This document shows positions 37,932-44,542 of a stretch of 44,542 nt of DNA, piece by piece; the first letter of the stretch is position 1; every line of letters begins with the position of its first letter. This stretch comes from Terriglobia bacterium. GTDB lineage: Bacteria > Acidobacteriota > Terriglobia > Acidiferrales > UBA7541. Below the pieces are notes generated by a model, which saw nothing but the letters and a program-made list of their open reading frames with translations, did no database searches and was not told the DNA's origin. Location of the stretch: positions 1-44,542 of the forward strand of contig JBGPGF010000001.1 in assembly GCA_041483755.1 (NCBI GenBank). Direction: 5' to 3'. Position numbers and translations under genes: made by a program.

Positions 37932-39254
37932 CTAAATGAGGTTGATGTTTTTGGCGTGTTTCGTGAGCTCCTCGCGGAAATTGGGATGCGCGATGCTGAT
38001 GAGGGCGAGGGCGCGTTCGCGCGTGGACCTGCCGCGCAGGTTGACCATGCCGCATTCCGTTACGATGTATTCGACGTCCATGCGCGTGTCCGTGGCCATT
38101 TGAACGCGGGGTACGATGGCCGAGATGGCGCCGTTTTTTGCCGCGGACTTTAACGCGATAAACGATTTGCCGCCCTTCGCAAACGAAGCTCCCTTCACGA
38201 AGTCGAACTGCCCGCCGGAGCCGCTGTACTGGTGTCCGGCAATGAATTCGCCATTGACCTGGCCGTAGAGGTCGATCTCGACGGCGGTGTTCACGGAGAC
38301 GAGATTGTCATGCTGGGCGATGATGCGGATGTCGTTGACATAGGAGGAGGGGTAGCTTTCCATCGAAGGATTGTCATTCATGAAGTCGTACATCGCTCTG
38401 TCACCGAGGGCGAAGGTGAAGACGTGCTTGCGAGGATGCAGGGTTTTCTTGCGGCCGTTGGCGACGCCGCTGCGGATAAGATCCACAAAGGCCGGAGTGA
38501 ATAGCTCCGTATGGATGCCCAGGTCGTTGCGATTCGTCAGGAAGCTGGCCACGGCGTTGGGGAGGCTGCCGATGCCGAGCTGAATGGTCGCGCCATCGGG
38601 AATTTTTTCGGCAATGAGCTTTCCGATCGTGAGCGAATCGGGGTCTTGCGGACGTTCGGGCACTTCCGGCAGCGGAAAATCATTCTCAACGAGGGCGTGA
38701 ACTTCGGAAACGTGCACCAGGGAATCGCCGAACACGCGGGGCATGTTCTTATTCACTTCGACGATGACGCGGTCGGCGTGGCGGATGACGGTGGAGCTGT
38801 AATCGTTGGAAATGCCCAGGCTGAAATGACCGGAGGCGTCCATCGGGGAAACCGTGATAATGAACGTGTCCACGTGGTTGGATTCGGTGAGCGCGCGGGG
38901 AATCTGGCTGAAGTTGCAGGGAATGTAGCTAAGGTATTTGCGGCCCTCGGAAATGCCCTGCTTGATGACTTCACGGTCGGGCCCGCCGATAAAGAAATTG
39001 CGAGCGTCCATGCGCGCGAGGATGTCCGGGCGGATGAGGGATTCGGCCATGTACTTCATGGCGTGCTGGTAGATGAGGTGAAGATCGCGGAGCGAGCCGG
39101 CGCGGACGCGGTCGGCGACGGCGCGTGTCAGCGCGGCGGGCGCGCTGGCGGCGATGGAAACGCAGAGAACGCTGCCGTCCGGGATGGATTCAACCGCGGC
39201 AGTAGCCGTGGTGCGTTTGCGGGCGTATTCCGACTGCGGCGTCGAGATGGACAT
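37932..39254 (-). CDS. Acetyl-CoA hydrolase/transferase family (4-hydroxybutyrate CoA-transferase-like)
   Basis: IQLGIGSLP, DLGIHTE, SGSGGQFDF, RERALALISIAHP. Confidence 0.93.
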   Translation of the reverse strand: MSISTPQSEYARKRTTATAAVESIPDGSVLCVSIAASAPAALTRAVADRVRAGSLRDLHLIYQHAMKYMAESLIRPDILARMDARNFFIGGPDREVIKQGISEGRKYLSYIPCNFSQIPRALTESNHVDTFIITVSPMDASGHFSLGISNDYSSTVIRHADRVIVEVNKNMPRVFGDSLVHVSEVHALVENDFPLPEVPERPQDPDSLTIGKLIAEKIPDGATIQLGIGSLPNAVASFLTNRNDLGIHTELFTPAFVDLIRSGVANGRKKTLHPRKHVFTFALGDRAMYDFMNDNPSMESYPSSYVNDIRIIAQHDNLVSVNTAVEIDLYGQVNGEFIAGHQYSGSGGQFDFVKGASFAKGGKSFIALKSAAKNGAISAIVPRVQMATDTRMDVEYIVTECGMVNLRGRSTRERALALISIAHPNFREELTKHAKNINLI

Positions 39255-39479
39255 TTGAACCCTCTCCTGGAGCGTTGGATTCCGGAAGCATTCTTCGCGT
39301 CTGGCATGGCGGAAGTTCGCGGCCGTGAGACGCGCAGGAAGCCTATCCGGCGGCCACGTGGAGGGACGTGCACGTACCAGCTTGACCTAGAGTCGTAAGT
39401 TTTTCAAGTAGGTGTTCAGCGCCCGGCACTTTGCGTTCTGATTTGGCGCCCGCCTCGGGATTTCCATTCTATTCGGGGT

Positions 39480-41006
39480 TTACGCGCGAGCGGCCAGCGA
39501 ATCCGCGCGCACCCAGCCGTACTGCGTGTTGCTCGGCGCGGCCATCCCCGATTGCTTGTACATCTTGCGGAGTTTCTCCAGATAATCGCCAGGCATCGGA
39601 TTGCGCTTTGCTTCGGGATCCATTCCGTACACGCGAGCGGCGTTCAGTCCGAAGATCTGCCGTTTGACATCGTCGGTGAGCGGCTTCCAACCGAAGCGCT
39701 TCTGCAACTCCTCCGGCATTTCCAGCCGGCGGAAGGCTTCGATCTGCCATTGCGGCGAGCCCCACCAGACCGAATCCGTGCCCCAGAGAACGTGGTCCAC
39801 TCCGAACGCGTCAATAATCATGCCCATCACGTACGCGGCCAGAAGAGGGCTCGAGGAGACCATCAAGGCAAACGTGCTCCCCATTTCCATGTACACGTTC
39901 TTCACCTGCGGATTCTTCTTTTTCCACGCGCAGAGGTCCGACGTCCACGGAATGTAGGAATTTTTCTGGAAGCAGTCTTGCGCCGCGGGAAGCACTTCCT
40001 CTACATCGCGGAAACCGGAATGGTAGACCAGGAAATTCATGTTGGGGAAATCCAGCGCGGCGCGGGGGACGTCCATGGGACTCCACCGGTCCGGGTCGCC
40101 GGGAAAAGGAAGACCTTTGTGAAGGCAGATGTTCTTGATCCCATTCTTCCGCGCGAATTCCAGGGCCGGATACGTGACCTTCTCGTCGTCCATCCGCCAG
40201 CGCTCCACGCCCTTGGCCCGCGGCCAGCCGGTGTAGCCCTTCCACGCGTCCACCTTGATCTTTTCAAGCTGCGCGTGCATGTACTCCAGATTCTGCTGGC
40301 CAAGATCGGGCGAAAAATAGCCGTGGCTGATGACGCGCGGCGAACTCGTCAGTTCGTTGATCCAGGAACGCGTTTTATAGATCACATCCGGAGTGAGGAC
40401 GTCGGTGTCTTCCGAGTCGCCGGGCAGCGCGCTCAGTGCCACGACGTCCGTCTCGCTGTCCAGAAAGACTTCCCGGATGTAGTTTTCGAGTTCGATGTCC
40501 TCGAGTTTGGCCACCCGGTTTTTCAACGCGGGGTTCATTTCTCGCGCCTGTTCGCGCAGCGTAAGAATGGCTTTGAGAAAAAGCTGGTCCGGATGCGGCA
40601 CCTCGGCGGGCATGGCCACGTGATGCGTCTGCACGTCAAAGATGAAGTATTTCGTCTTGTTTGCGGCGGCCGCCGGGTCGCTGAGTTCGGCCGCGTCCAC
40701 GCGAAAACACTTTCCGTAAACCGTGTTCATGGCCGCAAACGCCAGCGCCATCCCGCACGAAGTGCGCAAGAACTGCCGCCGATCCACGCCGGCGAGGCGC
40801 GCCTGCCGCTCGGCTCCGGCGGTGATTTCGCGCTCCACGCGCTTCTGTTGCGGCGTTTGCGGCATGGGGAAAAACTCTTCGTTGGAGACGGCCTGCGTGG
40901 GGACGGGCAAAAACCGGCCCAGCCACGCATCCAGATCCGATTTCCGAATCCAGCCGTTGCGGGTCTTGGGTTTGTGAATGGATGGAGCCGTCTTGGCGTT
41001 GGACAT
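39480..41006 (-). CDS. Amidohydrolase_2 family protein
   Basis: FDVQTHH, CLHKG, VYHSG, LWGTDS, KRQIFGLNAARVY; GGAGGG RBS before MSNAK. Confidence 0.9.
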   Translation of the reverse strand: MSNAKTAPSIHKPKTRNGWIRKSDLDAWLGRFLPVPTQAVSNEEFFPMPQTPQQKRVEREITAGAERQARLAGVDRRQFLRTSCGMALAFAAMNTVYGKCFRVDAAELSDPAAAANKTKYFIFDVQTHHVAMPAEVPHPDQLFLKAILTLREQAREMNPALKNRVAKLEDIELENYIREVFLDSETDVVALSALPGDSEDTDVLTPDVIYKTRSWINELTSSPRVISHGYFSPDLGQQNLEYMHAQLEKIKVDAWKGYTGWPRAKGVERWRMDDEKVTYPALEFARKNGIKNICLHKGLPFPGDPDRWSPMDVPRAALDFPNMNFLVYHSGFRDVEEVLPAAQDCFQKNSYIPWTSDLCAWKKKNPQVKNVYMEMGSTFALMVSSSPLLAAYVMGMIIDAFGVDHVLWGTDSVWWGSPQWQIEAFRRLEMPEELQKRFGWKPLTDDVKRQIFGLNAARVYGMDPEAKRNPMPGDYLEKLRKMYKQSGMAAPSNTQYGWVRADSLAARA

Positions 41007-41145
41007 CTTGCCCTCCAGGAAAAACCGGCAGCTTGCGCAAACTATACTCGCGGAGGATTGCGCACACAACCTGTCGTGCGGAAGCATGCCCACCGATTCC
41101 GCCACGCCCGCCGAATGCTGGAAGCCAACCTCCTGGCTCCTAATG

Positions 41146-41182
41146 CAAGAGCCCCGTCCTTGCTCCATGGACGGGGCTCTTG
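41146..41182. terminator. Hairpin, probable terminator downstream of 41225-42127
   Basis: Perfect 14-bp stem CAAGAGCCCCGTCC / GGACGGGGCTCTTG; U-tract weak. Confidence 0.55.
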
Positions 41183-41224
41183 TCCACGCCAGGCGGCGCG
41201 GCGGTTTCAGTCGTCAGCTCGGGG

Positions 41225-42127
41225 TTATTGCTTTGGTTTCTTCGCGGCTTTCATCGGCATAGCCCCCTCAGCCATGGCTTTGTGTTTCGGGGCTGCCGCA
41301 GCCATGGCCTGTTTGGGATGCCAGAAGTCGGGCGCTACTTTGGCGATGTCTTCCATTGGATTGCTCAACTCCGGTGCCCACCGGTAGATGGCTGACTCAA
41401 TGCTTTCCACCGACTCCGCGTTCGTTTGCAGATACTTCTTGTAGCCTTCGTCGCCCAGGATGTCGTGCGCGGTCGGGTTCTTGTCGAAGCCTCCCAGCGA
41501 AGTCCGCAGGCCGGTAACATAGAAAACCGTGCCCTTGCCTCCCTCAACCACCTGGGAAACAAACACCGGCTGCGTATTGGCGGCCTTTTCGCCTGCTGCC
41601 TTGACATCCTTCAGCAACGCCTCGAAGTCGGCAACGTGTCCGGGCCGTACGCGCACCGAAGTGGTGCGTAGCACGCGAGATTCGCCGATGAGTTTCGCGT
41701 AGGCGGCCGCATCCGCGGGCGCTTTCCGGCTAAGGTCCCACCGGCGGCGGCGCAGCTCGCTTCGCGAGCTCACCAGACAGTTGTTCCAGTCGTTCAGCAT
41801 TTTTTCGCTGCCTTCTTTTCCGTAGGCTTTGTTAAGCGCACCCATGAAGGTTGCGCTGGCATTGTCGGCGTCCGCGTAGTCCTTTCGGATGCTCACAAAA
41901 ATGACGGTGTTGCCATCGCCGTACATGGTCTCCTCCGTCAGCCACTGGTCGCCCTTGTTGTTGCGATTGGCATCCACCATCTTTTTCGCCAGCGCGTTGA
42001 ACTCCGCGGTCTTCTCTGGTTTTACCTTGACGATGTAGATGTCCAGATAGTCTCCCTGTGCCTGGACGGCGGCAGGAATCGCCAGACACGCGGCGAGACC
42101 CAGAGCCCAAATTGTCTTCTTCAGCAT
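41225..42127 (-). CDS. Exported protein with two NIPSNAP-like alpha/beta repeats
   Basis: Signal peptide; two similar halves starting VKVKPEKTAEF and VRVRPGHVADFE. Confidence 0.72.
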   Translation of the reverse strand: MLKKTIWALGLAACLAIPAAVQAQGDYLDIYIVKVKPEKTAEFNALAKKMVDANRNNKGDQWLTEETMYGDGNTVIFVSIRKDYADADNASATFMGALNKAYGKEGSEKMLNDWNNCLVSSRSELRRRRWDLSRKAPADAAAYAKLIGESRVLRTTSVRVRPGHVADFEALLKDVKAAGEKAANTQPVFVSQVVEGGKGTVFYVTGLRTSLGGFDKNPTAHDILGDEGYKKYLQTNAESVESIESAIYRWAPELSNPMEDIAKVAPDFWHPKQAMAAAAPKHKAMAEGAMPMKAAKKPKQ

Positions 42128-42372
42128 GAATATCTCCTTTTCTTGGTCAGTATCGGGAAGGGCAAGCAGGCGGACTCTACACCCCGGGGACAGACCGGGT
42201 CAAGCAAGGTACGCCCAGCGAAACGTGGGCAGCCGGCCGTACAAGGCAACACCGATGGCTTACGTCCAAAACTATTTCCACGCTACGGTGTTGTATAACT
42301 AGAGGCGCCCGCCCGCGGCAACCGCTTTTGCGGAGTCGCCAGGCGAGAAAATAGCAGGAGAGGTCCCCGACG

Positions 42373-42789
42373 ATGAGAGCCGGCACACGCAGTTTCAAGA
42401 ATCGCGCCCTGCAAATTGCAGGGTTGCTTGCTGTATTAGTCTTTGCCGTTCCGCTTCTGGCGCAGGAGCCCGAGTGGTCTTTCTTGGGCGAGTCGCACCT
42501 GAACGGCGCCCGCGATCACGACCGCATCAGAATTCACCGCTCGCCCGAATCGTTCCGCGCGATCGAGTTTCGGGTCGCGGGCGGCAACGTGGAATTCGAT
42601 CGCATCAAAGTCCACTTCCGAAACGGCAACGCGGCGGACCGGCTGATGCACGTCCGGGTTTCTTCCGGCGGCAAGACCCGCGCCATCGATCTGCCCGGCA
42701 ACCGGCGCATCATCGAAAGCGTCGAAATCTGGTACCACCAGGACAACGGCAGAGACCTTCCCACGGTCAGCCTCTTCGGCCTCCGCTGA
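42373..42789 (+). CDS. Exported DUF2541-like protein
   Basis: Signal peptide; WSFLG, DHDRI, VHFRNG, TRAIDLPG.RRII motifs. Confidence 0.72.
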   Translation: MRAGTRSFKNRALQIAGLLAVLVFAVPLLAQEPEWSFLGESHLNGARDHDRIRIHRSPESFRAIEFRVAGGNVEFDRIKVHFRNGNAADRLMHVRVSSGGKTRAIDLPGNRRIIESVEIWYHQDNGRDLPTVSLFGLR

Positions 42790-42950
42790 CCATCCGCTTC
42801 CTCCAAGCCACTGAGAGTCGCTTCCCAGGCAATCCCTCACGCCCCGAAGTGCTTTGACAGACCCGCACGATTTGACTACAGTGCGCACAATTGTCCCCGG
42901 GGCAAGTCGCACGTCACCGAGGGTGGCGATTCCCGAAGGAGGGAACGGCA

Positions 42951-43400
42951 ATGAAAGCACGGTCAACTGTTTCTACATGGCTGAGGCGCATTCTGATTCT
43001 GATGGCCGTCTTGGTTCCTGCCAGCGCGGCCTTCGCTCAGGATGGAGACCAAGTCCCCACGGCGGCGTTGGGTGGATTGCTGATCGTGTTGCTCGTTGTT
43101 GGCTTGGCCGCTTATGTGTACATGGCTTTGGCCCTTCAGACGATCGCCAAGAAGACAAACACGGAAAATGACTGGTTTGCCTGGATTCCAATTCTGAATC
43201 TCATCCTGATGCTCAACGTTGCCAGGAAGCCTCTCTGGTGGATCGTGCTTTTCTTCATTCCCCTCGTCAACATCGTCATTGTAATCGTCGTTTGGATGGG
43301 GGTCGCGGAAGCTCGCGGCAAACCAAGCTGGTGGGGCGTTCTGATGATCGTTCCGGTGGTGAATCTGATCGTGCCCGGCTATTTGGCCTGGTCAGACTGA
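42951..43400 (+). CDS. DUF5684-like membrane protein
   Basis: WFAWIPILN, WWIVLFFIPLVNI, ARGKPSWWG; AGGAGG RBS. Confidence 0.78.
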   Translation: MKARSTVSTWLRRILILMAVLVPASAAFAQDGDQVPTAALGGLLIVLLVVGLAAYVYMALALQTIAKKTNTENDWFAWIPILNLILMLNVARKPLWWIVLFFIPLVNIVIVIVVWMGVAEARGKPSWWGVLMIVPVVNLIVPGYLAWSD

Positions 43401-43480
43401 TTTGCCGCTTCTGTCGCTCGCTTCGCGCACTTCCGCGCGATCCTGAAGATTTGGTTTCGTGACGTAACACCTTTACATTA

Positions 43481-43522
43481 GGCACATTCCTATGGCACAC
43501 TAGATAGGCACACGATGGCACC
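43481..43522 (+). promoter_or_regulatory. GGCACA direct repeats, probable vapBC operator
   Basis: GGCACA at 43481, 43494 and 43507 (13-bp period) plus GGCACC at 43517, overlapping TTTACA-N18-CACACT. Confidence 0.55.
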
Positions 43523-43799
43523 CGTTCGCACAAGGCGCGCCCATGTTCTCTTGCCCGAAGACCTCGTCCGCGAGATTGACGCCATGGTAGGTACGCGGGG
43601 GCGTAGCGCCTTCCTTGTCGAGACGGCTCGCGAGGCAGTCCGGCGGAAGAAGCTGCTGCGATTCCTGGAGAGCGACACCCCTGCCTGGAAAGATGCGGAT
43701 CATCCCGAACTTGCGCGCAGTGCCTCCGAGTTTGTCCGTGAGCTTCGACAGGAGAGCGAGGAGCGGCGCACGAGGAAGCAGCGGCGCGCGAAAAAATGA
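43515..43799 (+). CDS. vapB: RHH/CopG-type antitoxin
   Basis: RAHVLLPEDLVREID..RSAF ribbon-helix-helix; ATGA overlap with the PIN gene. Confidence 0.85.
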   Translation: MAPVRTRRAHVLLPEDLVREIDAMVGTRGRSAFLVETAREAVRRKKLLRFLESDTPAWKDADHPELARSASEFVRELRQESEERRTRKQRRAKK

Positions 43800-44179
43800 A
43801 GCTGCTGCTGGACACGTCGGTCCTGATTGATGTTCTACGCCTCAGGAACCAGCGCCGGGAATGGCTTGCCGAGCTTGTGCGAGACGGACATACCCTCTCA
43901 ACGACGACCCTCAACATCGCGGAGATTTACGCCGGCATGAGGCCCGCCGAGGAAGCCCGGACCGAAGCGCTTCTCGCCGGATTGGAGTTGTACGAGCTCA
44001 GTGCATTGAGCGCGCGACTGGCAGGCAAGCTGAAAAACGAGTGGGCCAGGAAGGGCCGCACGCTGACGCTCGCCGATACGATCGTAGCCGCCATCGCCAT
44101 TGAGCGCCGTTGCAGCTTGCTGACGGACAATCGCAAGGATTTTCCGATGCCGGAAGTAGAGTTCTGTCCGCTGCCGTGA
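43796..44179 (+). CDS. vapC: PIN domain toxin
   Basis: LLDTSVLID, AEIYAG, ADTIVAA, LLTDNRKDF acidic residues. Confidence 0.93.
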   Translation: MKLLLDTSVLIDVLRLRNQRREWLAELVRDGHTLSTTTLNIAEIYAGMRPAEEARTEALLAGLELYELSALSARLAGKLKNEWARKGRTLTLADTIVAAIAIERRCSLLTDNRKDFPMPEVEFCPLP

Positions 44180-44265
44180 GACGCGCAAGGCAGGCCCACG
44201 CTCTCGAATAGACCGAAGCCTCAAAACGCTGCCCTGCGTTGCTTGGTCCCGGAAAGAAGGATTCC

Positions 44266-44302
44266 AAAAACAAAAAGGGCCGCGGAGTGATCACGCGGCC
44301 CT
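44266..44302 (-). terminator. Intrinsic terminator downstream of the 16S rRNA gene
   Basis: Minus strand AGGGCCGCG-tgatcactc-CGCGGCCCT followed by TTTTGTTTTT. Confidence 0.8.
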
Positions 44303-44499
44303 AAGAACGCACTAATAGAATTGTCTTCTCTTTGACTCCGATACGATCTGCCAGAACCCGACGAAAACCGCGAAACTCGAACGTCCTGCCGTTGACCCGT
44401 GAGAGTCATTGGCAGCCCCTCGGATGCAGCAAGCTGCACCCAAGAGTGGGCAAGCTCTAAACCCTGTGTACATTAACAGGAGAGATTGCCGTTTTCTTT

Positions 44500-44542
44500 A
44501 GAAAGGAGGTGATCCAGCCGCAGGTTCTCCTACGGCTACCTT
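44500..44542 (-). rRNA. rrs: 16S rRNA, 3' end only
   Basis: Reverse complement AAGGTAGCCGTAGGAGAACCTGCGGCTGGATCACCTCCTTTCT is helix 45 plus the anti-Shine-Dalgarno. Confidence 0.97.

Overview
GC-rich bacterial window; the Oar-type TonB receptor, PilZ protein and repeat families suggest Acidobacteriota (inference). It is mostly housekeeping and transport genes: fumC (5'-truncated), a TonB receptor/APC permease/AhpD operon with a divergent XRE-cupin regulator, modABC with its regulator, fadN, patatin, rpmE, tRNA-Leu(CAG), rnr, a P1B-5 ATPase, serC, pirin, gltA, a CoA transferase, an amidohydrolase and vapBC, ending in the 3' tip of a 16S rRNA gene. The accessory core (24.3-33.6 kb) holds two divergent small-peptide systems whose peptide genes are missing from the ORF track. 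(1) A RiPP-like operon: HprK-like P-loop protein, PqqD/RRE, radical SAM-SPASM, a 56-aa precursor (KKPYSKP leader, C-x9-C core), a secreted DNRLRE/beta-propeller protein, a lipoprotein and an S24/S26 peptidase. (2) A tandemly duplicated module: secreted peptide with two AMGGSPVPPSPW repeats, conserved stem-loop, 7TM protein and membrane-anchored Cys-containing partner. In the first copy the peptide has decayed and the two proteins are fused. I cannot match it to a characterised system; it looks like peptide signalling. Also seen: a frameshifted hicA, a candidate sRNA, MITE/REP-like repeats (one in frame inside fadN) and a 16S gene apparently unlinked from 23S.
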